Part shown: one piece after another, positions 18,491 to 27,585 of the stretch
How the letters are laid out: each line of letters begins with the position of its first letter
Position numbering within the stretch: position 1 is the stretch's first letter
Virus record (IMG/VR): IMGVR_UViG_3300028886_000070
Coordinates: 31,070 to 95,069 of that record
Length of the DNA: 64,000 nt
Direction: 5' to 3' (one strand)
Origin: a virus
Taxonomy: Duplodnaviria; Caudoviricetes
Notes under the pieces: generated by a model
What the model was told of the DNA's origin: nothing
Database searches by the model: none
What the model saw: only the letters and a program-made list of their open reading frames with translations
Program-made: the position numbers and the translations under genes

Positions 18491-19498
18491 CTAAATGTTG
18501 AAGGCTTCCTCCGAGAGCTCGCCCATCGAGTTCTGGTACACGCCGTTGACTATCACCTGGGTCTGCACGGAGTCGTTCGCCACCTCGCAGGACTTCAGCC
18601 ACTGCACCGCCTGCGCCTTGAACTTGTCGGCCTTGTCCACCTCGCCGGCCTTCATGCACCAGTTGTAGTTGATCATCCACTCCACGGGGTCGATGCCCTC
18701 GAACGGCAGGGCGTCGGAGTCCCTGACGAGCGGGAGCGGGTCGATCCTGACCTCCGCGAGGACGTCCACCGGCGCGCGGGGGTCCGCGCCCATGATCGAG
18801 TACCGGCGGAACTGCGGGTTCTTCACCTCGGGGTGGTACACCGCTATGGGGAACCGCTCGCCCGTCGACACGTCCTCCGCGTAGAGCGTGAGGTAGTCGT
18901 CGCACGAGTCGGAAATCACAATGTCGTCGACGACCTGCGCCTGCGTGCCGTCAGGGACCGCGTCCTCCGGCTCGCAGCCGGAGACGAGGTTGTGCAGGGC
19001 GTCGTACTTCGCCTTGCTGTAGACGGAGAGGTCGAATCCGGCGACCCTCCCGTCGGTGCGCGTCACGGTGACGCGCAGGGGAGGCTGCGGGGCCTCCGAG
19101 TCGGAGATCGCGAAGAGCCGGAACGGACGCTCGGGCTCGACGATGACGGGCTTGAACCCCATGTCCACGACGTTGCGCATCGGGACGGGCGTGAAGCCGT
19201 CGGGCGGCCGGGACATGTCGATGTCGCCGGGGCCGGAGTGCACGAAGCGGAAGTCCTGCCCGCGCACGGTGAGCGGCCTGCCGTTGACGCAGACCCTCAC
19301 GAGGCCGGCCGACCCCTGGGGAAGAGTGAACCCGGGGCCGACCGTAATGATGCGGACGACCCTGCGCAGGCACTCCCACCCGTTCAGCCCGGCGAGGTTC
19401 TCCACCGCCCTGTTCACCGCGTCGCGGACGTCCGTGACGCCGTACGCGTGGATCGAGGCATGGAGCCGCTTCTTGAGCTGTCCGAGGGTGTAGGTCAT
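18491..19498 (-). CDS. Putative head-tail adaptor / tail tubular protein (335 aa)
   Basis: Real start is MTYTLGQLKKRL...DAVNRAVENL, an adaptor-like N-terminus. Lies directly downstream of the capsid gene. Confidence 0.6.
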   Translation of the reverse strand: MTYTLGQLKKRLHASIHAYGVTDVRDAVNRAVENLAGLNGWECLRRVVRIITVGPGFTLPQGSAGLVRVCVNGRPLTVRGQDFRFVHSGPGDIDMSRPPDGFTPVPMRNVVDMGFKPVIVEPERPFRLFAISDSEAPQPPLRVTVTRTDGRVAGFDLSVYSKAKYDALHNLVSGCEPEDAVPDGTQAQVVDDIVISDSCDDYLTLYAEDVSTGERFPIAVYHPEVKNPQFRRYSIMGADPRAPVDVLAEVRIDPLPLVRDSDALPFEGIDPVEWMINYNWCMKAGEVDKADKFKAQAVQWLKSCEVANDSVQTQVIVNGVYQNSMGELSEEAFNI

Positions 19499-19515
19499 GG
19501 CAGGGTCTCCGTGTC

Positions 19516-19549
19516 GGGAGAGGCGCGGGCTCGCGTCCGCGCCCCTCCC
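19516..19549 (-). terminator. GC-rich hairpin after the capsid gene (possible terminator or processing site)
   Basis: GGGAGGGGCGCGGAC-GCGA-GCCCGCGCCTCTCCC; no U tract. Confidence 0.4.
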
Positions 19550-19554
19550 TCTCG

Positions 19555-21549
19555 TCACGAGATGACGAGCTCGCCGTCGTCGACCGTGGTGAGGTTCGTC
19601 GGCGTGGACGAATCGGCGGCCGCGGCGAGCACGATCGCGCTGGCGGCCGCGAGCTGCACGACGACGGTCTTCGGCGTGGGGGCGCCGATGACGACGCCGG
19701 ACGCGGCGGCGGCCGTGGGCGTGCTGGCGTTCGAGAGGGCACCGGCCTTGATCGTGGCGGTGTCGCCGACCTGGGCCGCGATGGGTTCCTTGGTCTTGAG
19801 CGTCACGGTCGTCACGGTCTTGGTCGCCGTCGTGCTCGTGTTGGAGCCGACCACCATGCTGCCCACCAGGGCGCCCTTGCGGGTGTAGCCCGGGTTGATC
19901 TTGGTGTTCGCCTCGGGGCAGATCGAAGGCATGGCCTTCGTGCAGCGGCGGTACAGGAACGAGCACGCCTCGAAGACGCAGGTGTCGGGCTTCGGCACGA
20001 TCTCGAAGGTGCCGTAGAAGTTGCCGATCTTGCCCTCGGGGTTCTTGTCCCAGCTGACGATGTTGCGCCACGCCCACTTGCCGTTGAGGCCCGTGACCGG
20101 CCCGAAGTACGTCCCGGAGCCGAGCGTGTTGACCGACGGCACGAACAGGTTCGTGAAGATCTTGTTCATGAACACCGGCGCGATCGCGATCGCGGCCATG
20201 TAGTACTCGGGGTTGGCGGTCGGGATGCCGGCGCCGTTGACGCCGGTGCGGCCCGCGATGCGCGGAGGCACGTACTCGGCGATCCACACCGCCTTGCCCT
20301 CGAACTCCTTCTTGCCCACGTTGCCGTAGCTGATGGGGTGCTCGCCGTCGTCCGTGTCGGTGCTGCCCGACGCGGTGTAGTTGGCGATGTACTTCTTCAG
20401 CTTGAAGCGGAGCTGGTTCCCGTCGTTCGTGATCGCCCAGCGGCGGAACGTGGTCGGCGCGAACCCGTAGTGCTGGATGAGGGCCTGCGGATTGGCCTCG
20501 ATCCAGTAGCGGCGCTCCTCCTCGTTGGCGCGGATGTAGCGCTCCACGTCGTCGTGGCTGACGGCGAGGGCGAACATCGGCTCCGTGCCGATGCGGCCGA
20601 CCGCGGCCTCGGGGCACATCGTCTTCAGGTACTCGCGCACCTGGTCGAGCACGTCGAAGTTGATGGGCTCGAGCGGGACGGAGGCGTCGAACACGATGAA
20701 CGGCTTGTCGACGTAGGTCTTGTTCGCCGTGCCGTCGGCGCCCGAGTTGCCGAACTTGCAGAACGGCTGGTACACGAAGCGCGGGGCGAGGGGCGAACCG
20801 ACGCCGTCGAACTCGGACGTCATCAGGTAGGAGTGGCCCGCCATCACCGTCTGGTAGATGAACATGTCGCGGTTCCAGACCTCCTGCATGTCGATGCCGT
20901 ACTTGACGCCCGTGTCGAGAATCCAGCCCAGCTGCTCGATGGCCTGGTTGACGAACTTGAGGGTGTCGAGGCAGATCGGGTCGGAGCCCCAGCCCGCCTT
21001 CTTGCCCTTCCACGCCAGCGTCTCCCAGCCGTAGTTGTACGTGTCGTACTTGAGCGGGGCGCAGGGGTCGTGCTGGCCGTCGGGGTACGGGTCGATGTCC
21101 TCCCACTGCGAGAGGCCCGCGTAGGTCGAGAGTCCGCCGCGGTAGATGCGGGTCTCGTTGACGACGCCGTTGAAGAGCTTGAACGCGCCGCGGGGGATGC
21201 GGGAGAACCACCAGTGCGGGCTCTCGATCTCCTTGCGCTGCGTGAACACGTCGAAGTTCTGCGCGAACGTCATGAGCATCTGGTTGTACTTGTAGTACGT
21301 GCCAGCGCCCTCGTTGAAGGACTGTCCGCCGAAGTTCGCCTCGTGGGGGTTGGCCCACGGGCCCTGGATGCCCACGTTGGGACGCGCCGTGTCGCCGGCG
21401 GGATCGTGGATGTTGAGCTTCAGGGAGTCCCTGATGTCGTACGGGGAGAGGGAGGTCGTGACCGGCTTCTTCGAGGTGAAGGTCGAGTACAGGTCTCCCA
21501 CGGATGCGGCTCCGCTGGTGGAGCCGTCAGCGTTGAACGTAATTGCCAT
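19555..21549 (-). CDS. Major capsid protein (664 aa) with C-terminal beta-rich extension
   Basis: Start MAITFNADG after GGAGGAAGGA RBS. Own promoter, strong codon bias, and position after scaffold and portal. Confidence 0.7.
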   Translation of the reverse strand: MAITFNADGSTSGAASVGDLYSTFTSKKPVTTSLSPYDIRDSLKLNIHDPAGDTARPNVGIQGPWANPHEANFGGQSFNEGAGTYYKYNQMLMTFAQNFDVFTQRKEIESPHWWFSRIPRGAFKLFNGVVNETRIYRGGLSTYAGLSQWEDIDPYPDGQHDPCAPLKYDTYNYGWETLAWKGKKAGWGSDPICLDTLKFVNQAIEQLGWILDTGVKYGIDMQEVWNRDMFIYQTVMAGHSYLMTSEFDGVGSPLAPRFVYQPFCKFGNSGADGTANKTYVDKPFIVFDASVPLEPINFDVLDQVREYLKTMCPEAAVGRIGTEPMFALAVSHDDVERYIRANEEERRYWIEANPQALIQHYGFAPTTFRRWAITNDGNQLRFKLKKYIANYTASGSTDTDDGEHPISYGNVGKKEFEGKAVWIAEYVPPRIAGRTGVNGAGIPTANPEYYMAAIAIAPVFMNKIFTNLFVPSVNTLGSGTYFGPVTGLNGKWAWRNIVSWDKNPEGKIGNFYGTFEIVPKPDTCVFEACSFLYRRCTKAMPSICPEANTKINPGYTRKGALVGSMVVGSNTSTTATKTVTTVTLKTKEPIAAQVGDTATIKAGALSNASTPTAAAASGVVIGAPTPKTVVVQLAAASAIVLAAAADSSTPTNLTTVDDGELVIS

Positions 21550-21712
21550 TGTTTGATTCCTTCCTCCGCGCCATGCGCGGAATGGGTTGTCGGTAGTGCC
21601 TTGTTTGTCGTCGGCTGGCGTCGTTGCCACCGACCGCGCCGTCCGGGCTGACGGAATAGACCCGAGTTCAGGCTCCCCGACGGGAAGGGAATCTTATACA
21701 CCGTCGCCGCAT

Positions 21713-21742
21713 ATTATACCACAAACCGCCCGCCGATTGCAA
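21713..21742 (-). promoter_or_regulatory. sigma70-type promoter for the capsid gene
   Basis: TTGCAA-N18-TATAAT with TGGTATAAT. Confidence 0.7.
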
Positions 21743-21750
21743 GAGGGTAT

Positions 21751-21790
21751 GGAAAAGCCCCCTCGGAACCGCTCCGAAGGGGCCTTTTCC
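21751..21790 (-). terminator. Rho-independent terminator after the scaffold gene
   Basis: GGCCCCTTCGGA-GCGGT-TCCGAGGGGGC followed by TTTT. Confidence 0.7.
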
Positions 21791-21808
21791 GCCTGCCTCG
21801 CGCGGACT

Positions 21809-23218
21809 TTACTGCATCCCGGCGACGGCCTGCTGCACGAACTCCGCGGCGAAGGACGCGGCGTCGGACGGCTGCCCGGCGGGCGCGAACGCCTTGGGGG
21901 CGTCCGGCTCCGGCGGCTTCGCGGGAGGCGCGGCGGGCGCGGGCGACACCGGGAGGACCGGCGGGCGCGAGAACGTCTGCCGCGACTGGAGGGCGCGGCG
22001 GAGCTGAAGGTTCTCCTCCATCGTCTGCCGGAGCATCTCGTACGTCTTCGGGGCCATGTAGCCCTCGAGCATCGCGGCGAACTTCTGCTCCTCCGGGGCG
22101 CGGGCGAGCCACTCCTTGAAGGCGGCCTCGCGGGCGTCGCGGTCGGCGGCGAACTCGCGGTCGGTGACGGCGTAGGCGGGCGGGAGCCCTCCCTCCGGCG
22201 TGAGGCCGCGGAGTATCGTCACGGCGGAGTCGGCCATCGCGGCGACGCGCTGCGCCGTCTCGATCGCGGACTGCCGGGTGGCGACGGCCTCCTGGCCGAT
22301 CTGCGAGTTGCGCCAGTCGGTGAGCTCGCGGTCGCGGTCGGCGAGCAGCTTCTGCGCGTCGCGGACGTGGACGAGGATCTCGCCCTGCGACATCGTCGGG
22401 AGCGTCCCGAGCAGGCGCCCGAGGTCCTCCGGCCTCGCGGTCATCACGGCCTCGGCCTGCGCGAACGACTCGTCCTGCCCGACGCCGTTCTGCTGCAACA
22501 CCCCGGCGATCTCGCCGCACAGCTTCTCGAGGGGCGTGTCGAAGCGCTCGCGGAACGCGGGCGACTTCTCGAGGTCCATGCGCCCGAGGTCGTCCTCGAG
22601 CTGCCTGATCCTCTCGTCCTTCTGGTTCAGCTGATCGGTGAACGACGCCTTCTCGTCGATGAACTTCTTCGTGCTCTCGACGAGCTCGTTGTACTTGCCG
22701 CGGTACTCCTCGGCCATCCGGCGGTTCTGCGTCATGCGGGCGCGCAGGTCCGCGAAGGCGTGGTTCTGCTGGTCGGTGAGGTTCTGCGGCGTCGGCACGT
22801 CGGGGGCGTTGGGCACCTCCGGGAGCGGCGCGAGCGTCGAGAGCGGGTCCGCCGGCTGCTGCGCGTACCTGTCCGTCACGGCGGGTTGCGCGGGCGGCTG
22901 GGGCTGCGCGGGCGGCTGCCCCGGCGGAGGCGTAGCGACCGGCGCGGGCGGCGCCGGCGGCTGGGCCGGGGGCGGCGCCGGCGGCTGGGCCGGGGGCGGC
23001 GCGGGCTGCGGCTCGGGCGGGGGTTGCGTCGGGGCGATCCCCTCGGGCTTCGCGAGCATCGCGCCGAGGACCTCGGCGGCGAACGACGTCGCGGCGTCGC
23101 TCACCTGCTGCCCGCCGCCGGGAGGTGCGGGCTGCGCGGCCGTGAAGGGCTGCGGCTCGCCCGAAGGCTGTATGGCCGGCATGCCCGGCCTCTGCGGAAC
23201 TGGAGCTGGTTCGCTCAT
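21809..23218 (-). CDS. Putative capsid scaffolding protein (469 aa)
   Basis: Pro/Gln-rich disordered N-terminus plus long coiled coil, immediately upstream of the capsid gene. Confidence 0.6.
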   Translation of the reverse strand: MSEPAPVPQRPGMPAIQPSGEPQPFTAAQPAPPGGGQQVSDAATSFAAEVLGAMLAKPEGIAPTQPPPEPQPAPPPAQPPAPPPAQPPAPPAPVATPPPGQPPAQPQPPAQPAVTDRYAQQPADPLSTLAPLPEVPNAPDVPTPQNLTDQQNHAFADLRARMTQNRRMAEEYRGKYNELVESTKKFIDEKASFTDQLNQKDERIRQLEDDLGRMDLEKSPAFRERFDTPLEKLCGEIAGVLQQNGVGQDESFAQAEAVMTARPEDLGRLLGTLPTMSQGEILVHVRDAQKLLADRDRELTDWRNSQIGQEAVATRQSAIETAQRVAAMADSAVTILRGLTPEGGLPPAYAVTDREFAADRDAREAAFKEWLARAPEEQKFAAMLEGYMAPKTYEMLRQTMEENLQLRRALQSRQTFSRPPVLPVSPAPAAPPAKPPEPDAPKAFAPAGQPSDAASFAAEFVQQAVAGMQ

Positions 23219-23232
23219 GTGTCAATGTCTCC

Positions 23233-23613
23233 TCATGTGCCCAGCGCGTCCTCGGGGTCGGTGTCGAACGTCTGGTCGGGCATCGGCTTCGCCGACGCCG
23301 CCCTGCCGCGGAACACCTCCGGGAACACGATGGACGGGTCTGTGATAAGCTGGAGCGCGAGCGACAGCCCGGACGTGAACCCGTACTGCACGGCCACGTC
23401 GGTCGGCGGGTTCGCCATGCCGAGCGGGCCGTTCACCACGAGGTCCTGGAGCGCCGAGCGCAGGAGCACGGTGAGCGGGTTCTCCGCCCACGCGTGGAAC
23501 TCCTCCGCGCTCGCGGGGTCGATAAGCCTGCGGCGGAACGAGGCGACGCCGGACTGGGCGATGTACCCGTCCGGCGACACCTGCGCGAGCCGCTGTCTCG
23601 CGGGGGAGTCCAT
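23233..23613 (-). CDS. Hypothetical protein (126 aa)
   Basis: Start MDSPARQRL, coupled by TGATG to the upstream gene. Confidence 0.6.
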   Translation of the reverse strand: MDSPARQRLAQVSPDGYIAQSGVASFRRRLIDPASAEEFHAWAENPLTVLLRSALQDLVVNGPLGMANPPTDVAVQYGFTSGLSLALQLITDPSIVFPEVFRGRAASAKPMPDQTFDTDPEDALGT

Positions 23614-23930
23614 CAGGACTTGGCCTCCGCCGGCTTGCACGCGTTGAGGGCGCGACGCGCGACCACGGAGCGGTCGAACGTCACCATCCTCACGGACAGG
23701 TCGATCTGGTTGAGCTCGTCGAGCTTCTTGGCGCGGACGACGGCGAGCTGCGCGAGCTTGACGTCGCAGTCGGCGAGCATCTTGCGCGCCTCCGCCTCCT
23801 CGAGCGGGGTCTCCAGCATCTTCTGGAACTCCGCCGCCTCCTTGGCCGCGGCCTCCTCCGCCACCTTCTGGGCGGCCATCTGCTTGGCGAGGGCCTCCTC
23901 GGCCTGCTTCTTCTGTTCGGGTGTCATCAT
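23613..23930 (-). CDS. Hypothetical coiled-coil protein (105 aa)
   Basis: ORF with RBS (AAGGAAG). Confidence 0.6.
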   Translation of the reverse strand: MMTPEQKKQAEEALAKQMAAQKVAEEAAAKEAAEFQKMLETPLEEAEARKMLADCDVKLAQLAVVRAKKLDELNQIDLSVRMVTFDRSVVARRALNACKPAEAKS

Positions 23931-23973
23931 GTTTCACTCTTCCTTGTTTGGTTGTTCACGAATCCCCGCCGCG

Positions 23974-26520
23974 TCATACGGCGGAGAAATCCTCCTCGCC
24001 CCCTCCGACGACGTCGGCGGGCGACGTGTGGCCGAACCCCGTCGCGTCCTGCACGGAGTTGAAGCGGCGCACCGCCCTCGCGGCGTTCAGCTTGGCCTGG
24101 TCCATCCGGCGCTGGCGCTCGATGTCCGCCGCCGCGGTCGCGTCCTTGCGCGCCGCGTCGGCGGCCGCGGTCCCGGCGTCGAGGTCATGCCTCGCGCCCG
24201 CCGTCTCGCGCTCGAGGCCGAGCCTGTGGAGCGCGACCTCGTGCTCGCGGTCGATGCGGTAGCGCTCGGTCTCGGCCTTCTTGTCGGCCTCGATCTGCGC
24301 CTTGCGCACCTCGTTCTCGTCCGCCCTGCGCTGGAGGTCCTCGAGCTCGCGCTGCTGCCTCTCGCGCTCCGCCTCCTCGACGCGCTCCTGCGTGGCGACG
24401 GCGAGGTTGAGGGACTTGATCGTCGGGCGGAGGTCGCGCAGCATCTTCTCGATCTGCTTGGTCTGCGCCTCCATGCCGGGCTGGAGCCTGCCGATGGCGA
24501 GGTGCTCCTGTATGTGCTGCGACGTGGAGACGAGCACGGACAGCGCCTGCCTCGGGTCGTCCACCTGCGCGGCCTGGCCCTCGCCCTGGGCCGGGCTGTT
24601 GTCCTCCGGCGCGCCGACGGCCTCGACGATGCGCTGGAGCACCTCGGCGTGGACGGGGATGTGCGCCCAGTGGAGCTGGTCCTGGCCGACGCGGACGGGA
24701 CGGCCGAGCTCGAGCATGTCGTTCTCGAGCGCGGCGAACGACGACTGGTCGGACGGCGCGCGGTCGCGGCTCACCTCGGGGATGTACCGGTCGGCGGCGG
24801 TCACGCCGCAGCGGAGCTGGATCGCGTCGCGCATGGCGTTGCGGCGTCCCGTCTCGTCGAGGATGCCCGCGCCCGGCCCGCCGAGGATCTCGCCGAGGAC
24901 GGCGACCTTCCCCTCGGAGCCGAGGACGAGGTCGCGGCACGTGACCACGGTGTACATGGTCGGGATCGCGAGTATCTGCTCCACGGGCACGTCGCGCTTC
25001 GCGCACCGCTCGATGAACTCGGGGACCTCCGGGTAGTCGGCGGGGACGACGGGGTCGCCCTGCGCGGCGCGCGCGACGAGCTTCAGGAACCTCATGCAGC
25101 TCTGGCGCACCACCTTGTCGACGATCTGGAGGCGCTGCGTGAACAGGGCCTCGTCCTTGCGGGAGCGGAGCCGCTGCTGCAACTCCACCTCGGCCTTCGA
25201 CTGGCGGTCGGAGCCCTGGAAAATCTTCGGGCCGGTCGTCGCGAGCGAGCCCTTGCTCGTCCCGTCGACGGACATGACGCCGAGCGAGTCGACGTACTGT
25301 ATCGCCTGGAGCGAGGACTGGAGGTCGGGCTTCACGTTGTTCTGCACCGGGGTGAACTCCTTCGGCACGAACGTGAACGGCCCCTGCTCGTTGAGCGTGA
25401 GCGCCTGCTGGCTGCCGCCCGACGCCTGCGTGAACATGATCGTCAGGTTGCGGAAGATGGAGTCGAGGAACGCGCACTTGAGTCGGTTCGCGGCCGCCTC
25501 CGGCGCGAACAGGTACGAACCGAGCCCGCGCACCGACCGGGCGTAGCGCTCGCTGATCGAGTACGGGAACCACATGAAGCACTCGTCCATCTTCGCGAAG
25601 GCGTTCTCGCGGGCGAAGAGGAAGTCGGACTCGTTGTCGCCGGGCGCGTTCGCCGGGATGATGAGGTGCGTGATGCCGCGGGGCCACGCCATCTCGCGCA
25701 CGAACGCGTGGATGACCTTCAGCTCGTCGAACTGGTGCTCCTCCTCGAACATGTTGCGGCGCATGAGGGAGATCTGCGTCTCGACGATGGACGTGCCGGG
25801 CGCGGTGCCGGGCTCCGCCGCCGTCTCGTAGCCGTCGCGGAACACCTTGACGAGCCACTCCTTCGCGAGCTTCGGGCTCCAGCCGGCGGCCGCCGCCTCG
25901 TCCTCGTTGTCGAGGATGGAGAAGAGGTACGACGCGGGCAGCACCGACTCGAACATGAAGAGGTCGTGCTCCGCCGAGTGGACGGGGCCGTTGCCGATGA
26001 AGCGGACCTGCGCGCGCTCGAGCGCGACGGGGTTGTAGTCGTCGCTCGTCGCCCACGTGACGGGGCCGAGCCCGTAGAGGTCCGCCTCCTTGTTCATCAT
26101 GGCGAGCGCGGGTATGAACTTGCCGACGTCGCGCAGCGTGTACGAGAACTCCTCGGCGACGACCGTCGCGATGTGCTCGGCCGCCGGGCCCGCCACCTCG
26201 CGGCGGAGGGGCCGGAACTCGACGAGGTTCGCCGTGTCGGACGATAGGCGCAGAATCACGTCGGCGCGGTCGTCGATCGCGCCCTTCATGCCGAGGAAGT
26301 TGATGTTGGCGATGTTCTTCGCGCCCGCCTGCTTCAGCTCCTCCGGGTTGTACGGCAGGTTCCCCGCGTACATCTTCAGTATCTTCGACCGGCGGCGCGC
26401 CTCCGTGAGGTCGTCCTCGGTCAGCTTCTGGTACACGGCGCGGACGGCCTGCGGGTTCGAGAACCTGCGCTTGGCCGGCTTGCCGGACTTCTCGACTACG
26501 TTGAATCCGCTGAAGCTCAT
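23974..26520 (-). CDS. Portal protein (848 aa, P22-like with C-terminal coiled-coil barrel)
   Basis: Start MSFSGFNVV after GGAGGAG. N-terminal YAGNLPY...NINF, size, long C-terminal coil and head-module synteny. Confidence 0.7.
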   Translation of the reverse strand: MSFSGFNVVEKSGKPAKRRFSNPQAVRAVYQKLTEDDLTEARRRSKILKMYAGNLPYNPEELKQAGAKNIANINFLGMKGAIDDRADVILRLSSDTANLVEFRPLRREVAGPAAEHIATVVAEEFSYTLRDVGKFIPALAMMNKEADLYGLGPVTWATSDDYNPVALERAQVRFIGNGPVHSAEHDLFMFESVLPASYLFSILDNEDEAAAAGWSPKLAKEWLVKVFRDGYETAAEPGTAPGTSIVETQISLMRRNMFEEEHQFDELKVIHAFVREMAWPRGITHLIIPANAPGDNESDFLFARENAFAKMDECFMWFPYSISERYARSVRGLGSYLFAPEAAANRLKCAFLDSIFRNLTIMFTQASGGSQQALTLNEQGPFTFVPKEFTPVQNNVKPDLQSSLQAIQYVDSLGVMSVDGTSKGSLATTGPKIFQGSDRQSKAEVELQQRLRSRKDEALFTQRLQIVDKVVRQSCMRFLKLVARAAQGDPVVPADYPEVPEFIERCAKRDVPVEQILAIPTMYTVVTCRDLVLGSEGKVAVLGEILGGPGAGILDETGRRNAMRDAIQLRCGVTAADRYIPEVSRDRAPSDQSSFAALENDMLELGRPVRVGQDQLHWAHIPVHAEVLQRIVEAVGAPEDNSPAQGEGQAAQVDDPRQALSVLVSTSQHIQEHLAIGRLQPGMEAQTKQIEKMLRDLRPTIKSLNLAVATQERVEEAERERQQRELEDLQRRADENEVRKAQIEADKKAETERYRIDREHEVALHRLGLERETAGARHDLDAGTAAADAARKDATAAADIERQRRMDQAKLNAARAVRRFNSVQDATGFGHTSPADVVGGGEEDFSAV

Positions 26521-27068
26521 GTCGTTCTCCTCCAGCACGTTTCGGGCGTGCCTTCCCATGTGTTCTCGCCTGGGGCGTACGCGCCGGACGCTATCGCCGA
26601 CTCGTACGCCTTGCAGCACTTGCATATCCCGGAGCCCGCGTCCTCCGGCACCTTGGGGCGGCGCCCGCCGAACGCGGCGAGGACGCGCTCGAGGTGGCCC
26701 GTGCACGTCACGCAGAACTTGCGCGTGTGCATGGGGCACGCGAGGCACGCCCGCAGGCGGCGCTCCACCACGTCGAACGGGACGAGCTCCCTGCCCTCCA
26801 CCTCGGCGAGGGAGTTGCGCAGGGCCTCCGCCGGCCTTATCGGCGACGGGCGGAACGAGCCGGTGCACATCCAGTCGGCCTCGTCGATGCGCGGGCACAT
26901 GTAGTTGGCGACCGCCTCCTCGACGGTGCACGTGAGCCCGGCCTTGCGGAGCATCTCGCGCACCGGTCGCTCGATGTCGCAGAAGTGGCGGGCCGAGACC
27001 TTCTCGCCGTTCAGCTCGAAGAAGAACCCGCAGGGAGGGGCGACGTTCACGTTCTTGAAGTACGCCAT
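26517..27068 (-). CDS. Cys-rich putative metal-binding protein (183 aa)
   Basis: CLACP, CVTC and CKCC motifs; RBS GGAGGAG. Confidence 0.65.
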   Translation of the reverse strand: MAYFKNVNVAPPCGFFFELNGEKVSARHFCDIERPVREMLRKAGLTCTVEEAVANYMCPRIDEADWMCTGSFRPSPIRPAEALRNSLAEVEGRELVPFDVVERRLRACLACPMHTRKFCVTCTGHLERVLAAFGGRRPKVPEDAGSGICKCCKAYESAIASGAYAPGENTWEGTPETCWRRTT

Positions 27069-27069
27069 G

Positions 27070-27585
27070 CTATCTCCTCCCCTTCTTCCTGGACGGGACG
27101 TGCATCGAGACGGTGGAGCTCTCCTTGAGCCCCACGGCGTCCTTGTGCGCGGCCACGGTCGCCTCCGCGACGCGCAGGGCCTCGTCGGTCTGCTCCACGG
27201 CCTCCTCGGTCGGGGGAGGCGGGGCCTCCTCGACCGGTGAGACGCGCGTCCTCTCGCCCGCCTCCGGGTACGGCGACTCGCCGTTCCTCATCGAGGCGAG
27301 GCGCAGGAACTCGTCGACGGGGCGCATCATGCGCGGGTCGAACCCGCCCTCGCACCGCCAGCCGTTGTCGTCGCGCTCGAGCGCCAGCGGCTCGCCCGTG
27401 TAGAGGCACGTCGCGTACCCGGCGATCCTGCCGGGCTCGTCGAAGTACGCCGACGGGGTGAACTCGTCGGGGGCGAAGAGCATCGGGTCTCCGCCGGGCC
27501 CCACGTACAGCTTCACCTTCATCGGCTCGCCCGTGTAGGCGTTGACGAGCCTGGAAGCCTTGCCTGTCTTCACGTCGAATATCAC
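27070..27585 (-). CDS. Hypothetical protein (171 aa)
   Basis: GTG start overlapping the upstream stop (GTGA); MIFDVKTGKASRLVNAYTGEP. Confidence 0.6.
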   Translation of the reverse strand: MIFDVKTGKASRLVNAYTGEPMKVKLYVGPGGDPMLFAPDEFTPSAYFDEPGRIAGYATCLYTGEPLALERDDNGWRCEGGFDPRMMRPVDEFLRLASMRNGESPYPEAGERTRVSPVEEAPPPPTEEAVEQTDEALRVAEATVAAHKDAVGLKESSTVSMHVPSRKKGRR

